A DNA stretch of 63,539 nt, filler included, from Pelomyxa schiedti (GCA_020536535.1; 10 parts of 10 records of this genome joined end to end with filler, not necessarily neighbours in it); one strand, 5' to 3'; shown: positions 1-13,140, counted from the whole stretch's first letter. Notes: generated from the sequence alone by a model not told the origin. A program made the numbers and translations.

Positions 1-564
1 TGGGCCCCCAGCAGCAATTGAGCAGCCTGAACGTGGCCCTCCGTGCACAGCCCAATCAGCGTCGCTTCCACCTCCTTCACCGCAACATCGCGGTTCTGGC
101 TTCTTTGAACCTTCTGCAGGGAGCGAGAGCCACCAGCGCTCGTCGTGGTTGTTGTTGTTGCCGTTGGTTGTTCCCTGTGGTTGGAGATCCACGCGATGCA
201 CGAGGGGGCGGGGGCCCGTGCCGCGAGCGTGATGACGCCGTACGTGGACCCTGGGTCGTTGCCCGTGGCCGTGCGGGGGATCGCGAGGACCCTGCGGCAG
301 GCGAGGGCCACGAGGGGGAACATCGCCTCGGCCACTGAGAACACGTCGACGTGGCCTCGGCACCACTCGGGGAATTTGTGACGTTGTTGTTTGCCAAAGA
401 AGTTGGTTTGGGGCGGCACGCCGGCGTCGAGCCAGCCGGGGACCACGACCATGTCCCACACAACTCGCGACAGGACCAGCACGCGATCGCGGTTGGCGCG
501 TCGTTGGTGGTCGTAGTGGCAGTCAGTCCCTGGAGTGGCTGTTGACGACATGATCGGTGCGAAC

Positions 565-844
565 TGTGGCGAGGTGACTTCGCGTCGCTGTAGTTCTAAG
601 TACGGTTCTAATCACTGATGGATTTCTGGGAAAACTACAGTGACTCTGGGAGATTCAGGCGACACCTAGAACTGATTCTAGCGCCTTTATAAGGCGGGAA
701 CAACACCATCGTAGTTATTGCAAGCAAAAGCTAAAGTAATAAACAATAAACCCTTGTGTTCGGGCTCTTCTTTCTCCGTTACTCTAAAACAACAATCATC
801 CCAGTGTGGTGGTCACTATCCAAAACCCAATCTACTTCGGCACA
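565..844 (+). mobile_element. Solo LTR-like element (family A), 280 bp
   Basis: Starts TGTGGCGAGGT and ends ACTTCGGCACA (imperfect terminal inverted repeat, TG...CA). Flanked by CGAAC / CGAAG. Contains TTTATAAG and AATAAA. Region 649-844 is closely similar to 13161-13383. Confidence 0.8.
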
Positions 845-1304
845 CGAAGGCCCCAATGGGAATATCATCCCGATTGAACGCAAGTGCCTAGGAGAGCATA
901 CCACCAAGCATGTAAGATGAGGTGGGAGTGTGTTATATCCCTCAAGAGCTGTGAGAGGGATCCTGGGGAGGATATCTACCAAGCCACAGTAGATGTTACA
1001 TCACCATCACCCAGGCTCAGGAACCAAGGAATAATGTAAAGTTAGGAGAATAACAGAACCCCGTGTGTACACTATCATAGGAAGAAGAATATATTTATTA
1101 TTTTACTTGTTCTGAGGTGAGTGAAAGCGGCGTTGCTTATAAGCCCAGAGTCCCATGAATTCCGAGTATTCTGTGGATGTGATGCACAGCGTCAGGTGCC
1201 ATGGAATTCCCGGAAGTTGTCCGACTTCTGAGGGTTGTTCTGTGCCAACACCGCGATTCCCTTTTTCGGGAAGTCATCACTTTCACACTTCTTCTTAAGG
1301 CCAA

Positions 1305-2636
1305 TCACAACAAGGAGGAGCCAGTGTTGAGCCACTCAATGTCAGAAGAGGTCTCCATGGTGAGCACAATGACACCTGAGAGTGCCTCCATCATGGTCAC
1401 CTTGTTTCCACTTAACATAATCAGGAACCCACTGCCTCCAACAACCTGTGGAAGTTGATTTGATCTGTTGATGCTGAAGGCTGTGCAGTCCACAACCCTC
1501 AGTGGCTTGGCAGCATCATTGCAGTCCCACAATTCCACACGTGAACTGGAGGCTGGGTCGCGGAACCACAACGAGAACAGTGACGAACTCACCTGCGCGA
1601 CGGAAGTGCAGTCTGGTGTCATCATAGTTGTAGCACCAGTGGATGCTTCAATCCAGAAGACAGGAGAGGAAAGTGGAGTGTAGGTGCGCGAGGCGACAAT
1701 GAACACCACATCACCATTTCTCTTCCTAGTGATTGGGGAAATGCGCGTCACTGGTGGAGGAAGTGAGCAGCTAGTTGAGCACAGGACCACAAGCCTGTGC
1801 GTGGCGTGGGTCTGGGCAACATCCACCAACACGAAGCTGACTCTATTTCCTGCCAGGGTCAAGGTCATGATCAAGGCCTCATCAGGATTCGCCGGGTTCA
1901 TCATCACCCAATCGTGATAACTCCCACCTGGCCTCAGAGAATACGGGACACTGACACCTGCATAAGCCTCAGCACCACGAAAATCATCACAGCCACCAAC
2001 AGCACGACTGGGCTCCATGCTCTTGACAGTGAGACACTCCTTCCCACAACGAGGGAACTCGAGCATGACAAGCCACTTTGCGTTAACATCGGACACGAAC
2101 TTGCCCAGGTTGTCGGCCACGCGCGCCACCCTCGCCATCGAAGGCGGCCTGAGCACGTCCATGGAGGAGCTGCGGCGGCCCTCAGACCCCTCTGACACGC
2201 ACACGTCGGGAGCAACCCAGCGGCTGTCGTCGCGGGCGCCGGGCCGCACCATCTCGCGGGGCCCATCGGCCAACCCCAGCGTGGCGGGCGACACGCGGAA
2301 CCACACAACGAGCGAGCGGGAGCGCGGCCAGTCGCCCTCGTCGCCCCGCGGGTGCTGGGGGCACTGGTCCAGGACGAGGACGAAGGGGCGGGCGGGGCCG
2401 AGGACCCACGCGCGCCACCACGAGTGCATCAGCGGGGAGTCGGCGGCCACGGCGCGGGCGGGGCTCAGCGCCCCGCAGCGAGGGTGGGACGACGCCAGCA
2501 GGCCGGCGAACTGGTCGCGGCACGTGGCCACAGCCCTCGCCGATGTACCTCCTGTCACCGGGAAGGCTCCTCCGCCGACTGCCACTGGTGGTTGCGTCCC
2601 ACCACTGAATTGCCCCAACGTAACCTCGTTCATCAC
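1305..2636 (-). CDS. Intronless hypothetical protein of a lineage-expanded family (443 aa)
   Basis: Long ORF with GC-rich 5' half. N-terminal RDQFAGLLASSHPRCGALSPARA motif. Similar in style to 16310-17665 and 56690-57375. Confidence 0.65.
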   Translation of the reverse strand: MMNEVTLGQFSGGTQPPVAVGGGAFPVTGGTSARAVATCRDQFAGLLASSHPRCGALSPARAVAADSPLMHSWWRAWVLGPARPFVLVLDQCPQHPRGDEGDWPRSRSLVVWFRVSPATLGLADGPREMVRPGARDDSRWVAPDVCVSEGSEGRRSSSMDVLRPPSMARVARVADNLGKFVSDVNAKWLVMLEFPRCGKECLTVKSMEPSRAVGGCDDFRGAEAYAGVSVPYSLRPGGSYHDWVMMNPANPDEALIMTLTLAGNRVSFVLVDVAQTHATHRLVVLCSTSCSLPPPVTRISPITRKRNGDVVFIVASRTYTPLSSPVFWIEASTGATTMMTPDCTSVAQVSSSLFSLWFRDPASSSRVELWDCNDAAKPLRVVDCTAFSINRSNQLPQVVGGSGFLIMLSGNKVTMMEALSGVIVLTMETSSDIEWLNTGSSLL

Positions 2637-2890
2637 TCACAAATTGAAATCACTTCGCCTACCATAAGTCTAGCACAAAGGGGGGTGCAGAGAAACGGAC
2701 CTGGAGACGCTATCACCTACAACCCTGTGTGTGGAGACTGCCACCCAAGCTTGATCCTAGATTTCCCAGAACTCCAGGAGGCGAAAGACAAACGATGGTC
2801 GGTGCTGGACTTCCGAGGTCTGGGAAACGGACCCCTCAACGTCCCAGTAAGTGGTGACTTTCATTACTAATAGAGGCCTGTTTTGGAAGC

Positions 2891-3310
2891 CTAAGCGTTC
2901 AAGAATGGCAATGAAAGCAGTCCCCTGTCCAGTACTATACACAAGTGGTTGACCCTTAACTCCGTGCTATAAGCATATATGTATTTAACTTGCACTGTCA
3001 CTTCAGCTACCGCTGCAACGTCATTGTGTACGTGCCAACAAATGGTGCAAATAGCATCTACCCTCTCGCACGCCTTTGTGCAGGAACAAGACAGGCAAGC
3101 TGAAGGAGCAACATATTCGCCATGAACATGCTGACAGTCCATGCACACATTATATCCGGGCCTGCACATGTGCTGTTTGTGGACCTGGCATCCACATCCG
3201 CACACCCCCGGAATGTTCTCTCCATTTTCATTGGCACAGGTAGCACTGTTATTCCTTTCCCTCCTGGCTGAAATTTCTCTTCAGAGCGACTTCTTTCCGG
3301 ACTTGGATAC
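2891..3310 (-). pseudogene. Degenerate duplicate of the Cys/His-rich first exon of the neighbouring ankyrin gene
   Basis: CGCGCQVHKQHMCRPGYNVCMDCQHVHGEYVAPSACLSCSCTKACER is shared with ORF 6256-7017. The upstream part carries deletions that disrupt the frame. Confidence 0.7.
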
Positions 3311-3397
3311 AAATGAATTGGAGCAAGGGTGGAAAGAAAACGGGTTTTCATTTTAAAGAATATCTCACGTATCTAAATTTACATTGAATTACATGGC

Positions 3398-6300
3398 TCA
3401 TGAGCTGAGGAGCGCCCTTACGTTGTCACCCGAGGCCACTTCCACAGGCTTCCTACCTCTTAAATCCGTGGCATTCTTATCGGCGCCGTGCCTTAGCAGT
3501 ACCTCCACACACGCTGCGTTCCCGTCCTGCGCCGCGACGTGCAGTGCGCTCCTCGTTATCCCGCAGTTGGCTGATTCACTCTTAACAACTAGCCATGAAT
3601 CTGTGGTGGCACCTCTTTCCAGCAGAAGCTGCACTACTTCGACACTGCCTACACTGACTGCGTGACACAGAATTCCGCATGTCTTTCTTGACACTCTTAA
3701 GTCTGCTGTGAACTCGATCACTGAGTTCACGTTTTCGCCTGCGTTGATCAGTGCCCGGCATGCATCTACTTGGTTTGAGGCTACTGCGGCAACCATTGGG
3801 GATGTTCCTTCATATGCTTGCGTTCGGGATGCTCCATTGGACAGCAAGAATTCCAAGGTAGGCCCCATCTGCCTTGGTTCATTTGAGTATATTGCAGTGA
3901 ACAGAAGTTTCGTCATGAACTCTGAGTTGGCTTGAATTGCGTAGGGCTGCGCACTGAAAAGGGCCCTTAGAAGTGTTACATCACAGTAAGCGGTAACATT
4001 CATTATTAAGTCTTCAAATAGGCTCCTGGTAATGGCCGCAGGCTGCAAGCGTGAAAGAATGTCAAGAAACCGCTCGGTACTACATATTTCCAGTGCCGGC
4101 AACAAGTGTTTAACCTTTACTTGTGCTCCATTCAATATAAGCAGTCTAGCAACTTCATCACTCTCTCGCCTGAAGAAAAACCGAAAATTACAGGTGTATC
4201 TTTCACTGAGGCACTCATCAAGGGCTTCTTCAATACATGGCGAGCCAGCCGGTACGGTGCGAAGCAGTAAGGAAAGAGTGTTGGGATATGATTTCTGGGC
4301 AGTCACCTTGACGGCAGTCTCCTTGCCTGGACACCCAAGGTTCAACAGGAACTCCACACACCCGGTGAAGTTTCCTGATGCTGCTCCAATCAACGCCTGT
4401 TCAGTGAGAGGCACGTGGTTGTACTTGCTCCACAGCAGAGTGAGACACTCCAAGTGGCCTCCAGAAGCAGCGAGCACAACAGGTTGATTGTATGTCTGCT
4501 GCTGTGGGTCATGTGCGATTTCTCTGTCACCCAAGAGTTTCTGCAGAAGTGCAAGGTTCCCGACTTTAGAAACATACTGCAAAATTGACAAATTTCCAGA
4601 TAATGTTGAAGTGTAACGTGCATCATACCAAGCCTGATCTATCAAGCTCAAAGCACATTCCTGGTGCTCTTTCACAGCAGCAGATAACAGTGAAGGGCAG
4701 CAGGCATCATTCCACACGCACTCGGCACCCCTCCTCATGATCTGAATGCAACGGCGCACAGAAGTGTCCCACGGCTGCCCTGTAGTTTTAATTCTGCGTT
4801 CATCAACTGCTCCTTTCAGCCCTTCTTGGAGAATTGCTTCTCTTTCGGATGCTGAAAGGTTGCCCGCCCTCACCAACACCCTGACAACTTCATATTCTCC
4901 AGTTCTGATGGATCTGATGAGAAGTTTGTTGTCAGTATCAATTGCGCCAGCTTTCAGAATCAATTCCAGGCTCTCTGCTCCAACACTGGCAGATGCGGCT
5001 GCTACAATCCTACTCAATTCAGCTTTTAGGGATGTTTTATCATCACAGAGAGTATCTAGTAATTGCAATATATTCCGAGTGGGGACTATGCAGTTGCGTT
5101 CAGCAACATTCCTAAGCTCCGGAAATAATTTTCCGGAGATATCTTTCAAAGCCGTATTAGTTGCAAGAGAGCGCACATGATTACATAAGGCAGCAGTGAC
5201 ATCATTATCACTGGCCAAGAAAATTGCCGTGAAGCCCTAATTGCGACTTAGTGTTTTCGATGGAGAAGCCAGATACAAAAAGTACCCGGGAGGATTGTTT
5301 CCAAATATCCGCTCCTGCCGCCAGTAGTGCCCTAACAACTCCGAGGTCTGAGTAGTATGTTGCAGCTTGGAGTGGAGTAATCTCGCCAATCTCTTCGGAA
5401 ATGAATTCCACTGTGTCAATCCCCCTTATCCAAAATCTTGCACTGCACATAAGTGCGGCACACTGGCTATGCCTGGTATTAATTGCCTTAACCAATGACT
5501 TACTAATACAGCATTCACAGATTCCCAATGCCAGTTTTTCCTGCCTTTCTCTCATGAGGAATTCTTGTTGCCTGACTCTTTCTTGCTCTGCAAGTTCTTC
5601 CTGTCGTCTTCTCTGCAGTTCTTCTTCTTGCTTCAATCGAAGGTTCTCCGCTTTTCTATCTTCGATAACCCTCCGCAGAGATATTGCCTCTTCACTGAGG
5701 GGAATACTGGTTGGACCAGCAGCGGAAAGTCGAAGTATTTTCACTTCTTCGTGAACAGGTTCGGTTGCAGGCCTCACAACAGGTTGCCCTGCTCTCCCTG
5801 GTACAAGAGTGAGGAAAAGAGCTGCTGAGAAAGATACATACCTTCAACAGTGCTTGGTGCTGTGTGATTTGCGCGTTCTTTACACCCCAGTCCTTGCAGG
5901 GATCGTTGGCAACAACTCCATGAATAGGAATTCGATGCTCCTTGTATTTTGTGACAAAAGGGCATTTCTGACCGAGACACACGATTAAGAATAATACACC
6001 CGGAATGGTAACTGCACCGGGGATCCTTTATCGGCACAAGTAAGTCACCATTCTTCCATCCAACATAGTAATGACCGCACCTGCGTAAATTGTGTTAATA
6101 TTGCCTAGTTATTGGTTCCACTCACATTGTGCACTTGCAGGATAAGCTGGAAATCAGTTCGAGACAACAACCATGGATATCACTATCTGTACTTCCGCAG
6201 CATGTCCACATACCCGGGGCTATACTCCGCAAAGAGTATCCTGATGCATCACCGCTCATCGCTTTGATGTCAAGATAGCGCCCTGTGTGAACACTCTATG

Positions 6301-7017
6301 AAATAGACAGAACGTAAATACTCTGGAATCAAACAGACAGCTATGTACCTCTTGAATACCAGTTTCCTGATGTTTTTTCAGTATTGCCACTGCCACTGCC
6401 GCTGCGGAGTCAGTGTGTATATGCCCACAAATAGTGCAAATAGCATCTTCCCTCTCACACGCCTTTGTGCAGGAACAAGACAGGCAAGCTGAAGGAGCAA
6501 CATATTCACCATGAACATGCTGACAGTCCATGCACACATTATATCCGGGCCTGCACATGTGCTGTTTGTGGACCTGGCATCCACACCCGCACGCCGCCAG
6601 ACCGTTCTTTCCATTCCCGTTGACATTGGCACAGGTAGCACTGTTGTTCCTTTCCTCCCGGCTGACATTTCTCTTCAGGGTGACTTCTTGCCATGCAGGT
6701 TTTGGCTCTTCTTTCCGGACTTGGTTCCTGGAATTATCAGTTGCATTGTCAGGAGCCCTTGCCGCCGCGGCAGCCTTGTTTGCCCTGAGGGCTGCCTTCC
6801 AGGTCGGTTCTTCATCCTTCAGAGGAGGAGGCACAGCATTCTGCTGCTGAGAATTTTGTTGGGCAGCTTTTATGTTGGCGGCCTTTCGTTTCCTGGCCTC
6901 TGTCTTCCATGATGGGACTTCTTGTTGTTCCTGCTGTTCATGTTGACATTGATGTGTTTGGCTTGTGGTACTTGTGCTTGTTGATGACTCCAAAGAGTTA
7001 TTATGGTCGTACCCCAT
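3398..7017 (-). CDS. Multi-exon Cys-rich (WxCC...GC zinc-motif-like) + coiled-coil + ankyrin-repeat protein
   Basis: ORFs 6256-7017, 5774-6037, 5208-5777 and 3398-5218 can be joined by GT-AG introns (e.g. ~5238-5285 gives ADIWKQSSR|GFTAIFLASDND). Ankyrin motifs SALHVAAQDGNAACVEVLLRHGADKN and TPLQAATYYSDLGVVRALLAAGAD. PGMWTCC and YSWSCC...GC motifs. Some exon borders are approximate. Confidence 0.75.
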
Positions 7018-7178
7018 CTTGTTAATTATTGTTTACGGTAAAAAATATGAACAAAGTTTTCGAAGAGAGTAGTCTCCTTTCTAACTTGGAAAACCAAGTC
7101 TGAGAAAATGAAGTTGGGTATTTTTTACAGTATGAATAAGATTTCGGTAGAGTGAGGTAGGTGATAGTGCAGTTGCTT

Positions 7179-10100
7179 TTAAAAACCATCATCGTCATCA
7201 AAGCCACTACCACCACCTCCATTGTTGTTCACATCATCACCATCCAGTATGTTGTCACCATCACCACCATCATCAACATAGTCACCAAGGATTCCCCCTT
7301 CACCATCACCATCAAATTCCGCTGGATTAGCCTGCTCATCTTCATTCCCACTGTATGAACCCCCACCATTGGCACCCCCTGGCCCATTGGGATCGTCGTC
7401 ATCATAGAGTACTTCTTGGTTGTCACCATCATTGGATTTGTCCATCATGTCGTCGCCGTCCCCGATTCCTGCTCCCTCCGCATCCACGGCGTCAAGTGCA
7501 TCAAGCAGGTCGCCGCTGGCACTTCTCTCGCCTGAATACTGCAACTGTGCACCACCGGCGTCATCATCATCCTGAGTGGAATTTCCAAGTAGAGGTTCGC
7601 TGTTGTGTGCGGCGGAGTGCGGTGGTGTCCGCATGGAATTCGGCTGACTTTTCTGTGGCTGTTGTTGGTATTGTTGCCGGGGTTGATTCTGCTGCTGCTG
7701 CAGATTCTGTTGTTTTTGTTGCGGTGAAGTGGAGGGTGTTTTTGTTGACATTGGCGGTTGTTGGAGTGGTGGCCGGACTAGTGGTGGCAATTTATGGGGA
7801 ATAGAAGTTTTGGGTGCATTTATTGGCTGGTTACTGGCTGCAGGTGATGCGGTTTGTTGTTGAGTCTGCGGTGGCCGAAATTGTGTGTTTGACGAGGGCC
7901 GGATGTTTTGAGTGTTTGAGGGTGAGGTGGGGGTTTGTGCGGAAGAGGACGAGACACTTTTCTGAGGTGCGGGGAGAGAATTTTGCTCTTGGATTTGTGG
8001 TTGCTGTGCTATCTTGCTTAATTGCATCGCTAGTTGCTTTGGTTGAACACCCTGATTGGGTGCGGGGGATTGAACTTGTTTCTGACTTGTAGTTTGAGCC
8101 GGTAGCTTCTGGAGAGCCGGAGGGAGATCAAAGCTGTTACCAGGGCTGGAAGAAGCACCCAGGATGGTGTAAGGCAAAATAAAAGGATGGAATTAACCAT
8201 ACCGCTTTTGGGAATTCACAGGTGAGGGGATAAATGTGAATAACAGTGTAGCCAGATGGAAGAATAGTGTGCGAATGTGCTCAATCAAAGATATCAGTGC
8301 CCCCGCTTCTACACGCGCTCCGCCACCATATCCCCAGGTAGTGTGCAGTTTCTGTTTACAATTAAATTTGATAATATGTGATATGACAGTACTTGTTCTG
8401 CTTCCGACAAGAGATTATTTATCGTTGCAATGTCGGTCTATAACTGGTCATTGTTTGGAGCAAGAGTTGAGCATACATTATTCTGGAGTACAGAAGACTT
8501 TGTCAGGCAGTCAAGAGCATGTCTGAATTGGAAAACACACTTCAGCATGCTATCTTCCAATTGCCTTGCCACCACCTTTGCAAAATGAATGAAAAATGAA
8601 AAAAGCTCTTACATTCAGTAATTCCTCAGTTTGATCACTCTTTCTCATTGATGGAACATTCACTTTTGTCAAAGAATCACTTTTCATTTTTAGTATTTGT
8701 TTTCAAGAAAAAGAGGAATGAACCTTCTGCCAGTATCCGGTGCTAAAGCTTGTAACAGTGGAAGGTACCTTTCAAAGGGAAATTCTAGCTCCTTATTAAG
8801 ATTATTCAGTGCTTGTTCTATTGATCTGGATAACTCTGATGAAAGAGATTTGTAACTTTTTACGGAAACCTACAGGAAATACCTGTTTGCGAGAGGCAAG
8901 CTTCTTTGTAGGTTTCAACATCCATCAAAAATTCCACATTCTCTTCACTTTAAAATGTATTTACTCGATATAAGTGGACTAGAAAGTTACCAACTTCTTG
9001 ACTTCAAGTATTCCAAGAAAAACTTGCGGCCATCAGAATCCCGCAATAGGGACTCGAGGCTGTCCAAAATGCATGTAACTGTATTCGTGGGCATCTTTCT
9101 CGTTACTAAGGAATTCTTCAGTTCGGTGAAGTATCTCGAACCACAGAATCTGAACAAAAATAAGTACACATTCCTTTTACTGAGTGCAAAAGGCACCTCG
9201 AGTAAAATTGATTCACCATCATCATATACATAATTTCAGCAGTCGCCACATCGTAGATATTAGGTGTGAACTTTCCTGAGTTGAGGCATTGTGTAATTGC
9301 AGTCTTGGTGTTACTCGACAGGTTAACCTCACTGAGTGCCTCACTTTTAATGTATTTATCAAAAATTTGATTTGCCAGAGTTCCTGATAGTATTTACCAT
9401 TAAGAAGTTATGCAAAACATGAGGTACTTGGATTTCCTCGAGAAGACTTCGATCTCTCAAGAAAATTGTGCAGTTCTTGCACAAGCTGTTCCCAACCCAG
9501 TGTAAGGAAACATCACAATAGTACCTGACAAACCTTTACTCGTTGTTGGGTTACAGATTCTTTCCATTGTTGCAGGTACATTTCAGGCTCAAATGATTTT
9601 GAGGGTCTCCCACTGTGACCCCCACGAGATAGAGAGGACTTCTTTGTGTTAATTTGGCCAATACTGCATAGTAATAATTACATTTTCGTGATCTGACAAC
9701 CTCTTTTCAAAACTGGAAAGCTCAGCTGTTTGTTGCTGTATCAGCTGCTGCAATCTCCCCAGAATCTTATTCTGTTTATAATTAGTAACGCTTGACAAAC
9801 AAGAGTAATTACCTCTTGGTCTGGAGAAGCCGTTGGATTTCTGAATACAGGGGAAGATTGTGCAAGGGGAGAAGGTAGGTAAGTGTGACCGTTTTTCTGT
9901 AGCACACCACTTTCGAGAAGCTCTGTACAGAGCTTTGTGAAAAATACCGTTTAAAGATAGATGCATCATACCTGAGACTTGATCTTGAAGAGATTTGAAC
10001 ATTTTATTGCTATAATCAATTTCCGCACTCTGCTTTTGAAGTAGCTGGCGGTGGCTCTCATTTTGTGCTTTTACAATCTAAGAACATGAGTAAAACTTTG

Positions 10101-12685
10101 TTTGAAATTTCGTAGACACATGTTCCAAATTGAGCAACTCCTTGGTGGCATCAGACTGCACATTTTCAACAACTTGTCTGAGTTGTGCAATCTCCTTATT
10201 TCTTATATCCAAAAGTTGTGAGGCACTGAGAGCCCTAGCTTCAAGTGCATCAGCTCTATTTCGGTGAGATGTAAGTTGTGCCCTGAGCGATTCTTCAACT
10301 GCTTGTTTTTGTGCCAGCTCTGTGTGATGCTAGGGAGGATTGAGAAATCATTTTCGTGTGGTTGATACCTGATCCTCAAGTCTCTTGATGGTTTCTGCGT
10401 GATTAATCACAAGGTCTCGGTTTTTTGCCTACAAATGGTCAGTGTTAACTTCCAGTATGACAACCCACTTGTTGTTCACGAAGTTTTTCTTGTAGTTTCG
10501 CAATAGTATCGAGTGTGCTTGACGAAACTGCAGGGTTTGAATCATCGGCTGGTTCTTTTCCGAGAGAGGGGTTGATGGGATCAGATAATGGCTCCAAAGG
10601 TTCATTTGGCATCTGATCAATAGCAGGGGAGTGTGCCATACTCTTGGGAGCAGATTGGGATGAATCTCTATCAGAATTCGCGGACTTTTTTGTTGCAGGA
10701 GCAGTGGCACCACCTCTGTGTGGTACCTGAAAATGCCGTTAATCATGGAATAAGTCGACAGTGCTTACCTGATACGTGACATTCTTTGTTCTCGGTTGTG
10801 GAGGATTTATCATCCCAACGCTGTGCTGTAATTAATTTGACTCAAAAATAGGGTAAAAACTTGATGGGAAGATCAAAGTAATTAGAGGATGCTGTCACTA
10901 AGTCCAAGGATTTCTAGGAATGTATCAATAATTACTGGAGGACCTAGATAGCTGACTACCTTGGAAATCTCAGGATCTGAGGTAGCCTTTCTTTTGTGGT
11001 GTCAATGAAATTTGCACAACGACTTATTACGCACAAATGAGAAGTAATGATCAATGGGCCAGATCCATTGAGAGTCAAGGGAAGCATTTGAGTTAGTTTT
11101 GATGCATGCCAAGCAAGCCCGGTAGGGTTGGTCCGCTTCCCACGTTCTGTGCACGAATTAAAACAAACAAACAAACAAAAAAAACCACTATATGATTACC
11201 AAGTAGTAGCTTCAATGAATCCAGAGATGATTCCACATTTCGGAAGTTTTTTTTCATGTCTTGCGCTTTAATATAGTGAGGAAGGAACTAGAGATAAAAA
11301 AAAAGTCATACACGGGGGTGAAAGTGTGCTGGGATAGCTGGCAAGCATAATGAGCTCAAAAACTGACATTTGTTGTGATTCTCTAATGCCACCTGTCATC
11401 CTTGTTCCCCTTTGTATTATTCAGTGTAAGGGATAGGAAAGCCATGCACACACGGTAGTGATTGGCGAAAGAGACTTTGAGGTATTGAAAACTGAAAGAA
11501 GAGGTGAGAGCATTGCACTCCATTTCTGATAGAGTTGCCTTTAGGAAAAGAAGCAAAGGGGTTGGAGTTACCTGAACTTAGCATTTGAAATTGTAGAACC
11601 AAGAATTTTTTCGCAGGCTTCACAGGTTTCAATTGCACTGATACTGAGACCAGGGAGTTTGGGTGGTGCCTCAAATTGTGGATGTGAGCCGCCATAATGT
11701 TCGGCAGGCATCAGATGTTTTCCAGAAACAAGGTCATATATTTGGTCGTTATCTGGTTTTATTGATTGGACAGAGATAGAAATATCATTGTCGTACATAT
11801 TTCAAATGCACTGAACATCATTACAGATGAAGCTTGCAACATGGTTTTTGCAGCTCTTCTTAGTTGCGATACACGCGAAACCACTGCTTGCCCAACCCAC
11901 CTCAGAACACCACCAGCTGGAACTGCAGAGGAAACCCTTGACCTGGAACAAGGAATAAACGAAACGATCAAAAAAAAAAGGGGGGGTGTGCTACGCAATA
12001 TATCCTGCTGGGTCACTAGTTCCGAATAACCATTCCAGTGCACTATCTCCACCACATGAAAGGATTGAAGCACGCATGCACAAACCACTGAACAGAGAAT
12101 CAAGCAAAAACGGAACGCAAACACGCTCCCCCCAGTGGCCAAGAACAATCCCAGGTCTTGATATGAAGACGTGATCGAAGTGATACCTGGAAAAAGTTGG
12201 CCATAGATTGTGCGATGCAGGATGTTTACGTTTGGTCAACACCAGCCAGTACAACATCCCCCTGTTCATTGCACATTGCTTTTTTTTATTTGTTACAATG
12301 AGGGGAAAAGGAACAAAAAGCCACTGTGCACACCTGTTTGAGCTAAAAGTTTACTGGTAGCTGAAGAATTCGAAGGTGCCATAGGAGCAATGAACCCACA
12401 TAATAAAACATTCTGAGAAGCATATTATAAAAATGGGAAAAAAAAAGTCATAAGTATCCCGGGTGAGAAGAACTTCTCGGCGGGCGTTTAGGGGGCGTGT
12501 GGGGTGTCAGATAATCATATGAGATAGCGAACCACAACCATCATCATCAGCACCACCATACCTTTTGAGGCAACACAGGATCCAAGTCGTCGGGGTCGCC
12601 GTCGTCAGACTGAGCCCGTGTCTGGGCCTGTGCTTGTGCCCGCGGCTGCTGGCGGCGTATCATCACCATATCGTCGCCGTCGCCG
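7179..12685 (-). CDS. 5'-truncated multi-exon gene: divergent kinesin-like motor domain, coiled coil, two RGS domains, Q/P-rich and acidic tail
   Basis: Kinesin-like motifs in order: YHFDHVF, PFLLDSLFSG, NDQIYDLV, CSHLFFQF, ELIMLAS, WHASKLTQMLPLTLNG. RGS-like: ANQIFDKYIKSEALSEVNLSSNTK (~9300-9380) and LESLLRDSDGRKFFLEYLKS...ENVEF (~8930-9060). Final exon lies in ORF 7179-8177. Confidence 0.75.
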
Positions 12686-12785
12686 NNNNNNNNNNNNNNN
12701 NNNNNNNNNNNNNNNNNNNNNNNNNNNNNTTAATTAATTAANNNNNNNNNNNNNNNNNNNNNNNNNNNNNNNNNNNNNNNNNNNN
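12686..12785. other. Artificial contig linker (N44-TTAATTAATTAA-N44). Identical linkers at 26236-26335, 39549-39648, 41458-41557, 43604-43703, 52419-52518, 55642-55741, 57376-57475, 61187-61286
   Basis: Six-frame-stop 12-mer centred in 100-nt N blocks. Plain 100-N gaps at 14775-14874, 25510-25609, 32672-32771 and 62855-62954. Confidence 0.97.
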
Positions 12786-13140
12786 TAATGGGATGTCAAA
12801 AATGAGTTGATACTTTGTGGACACGGAACCAACGTCAATCACCGCCGCGTTCACATCTGTTGTGTGCGTGCGTGTTAGCAATCGACCCATAAGTGCGAGA
12901 AAGAGCAACACACACCACCGTGCATTTGAGACGAATGGGTGTCGCTTGCCCAGCGTAATGCTACACAAATTTTGATCCAAAAGCTTTTCACGGAAAGGAT
13001 TCATCATCATTACAGTGTGTCAGAGGGACCTCCTGGCAATTGGTTCCGTTGGGGATTCCAAGCACAATACTCCCAGACCCCCCTGCTCCGAGCAGTTCGA
13101 ATCAATTGTGGTCCACCATGACGGCTGTTGTAATGATGAC

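Noticed and set aside
2017-2870. Long plus-strand ORFs antisense to 1305-2636 (and similar shadow ORFs elsewhere)
   Set aside because: Explained by GC-rich codon bias of the real gene; no motifs.
12730-12741. Recurrent TTAATTAATTAA palindrome as a biological motif
   Set aside because: Always centred in N runs: a synthetic contig linker. Gene adjacency across linkers is meaningless.
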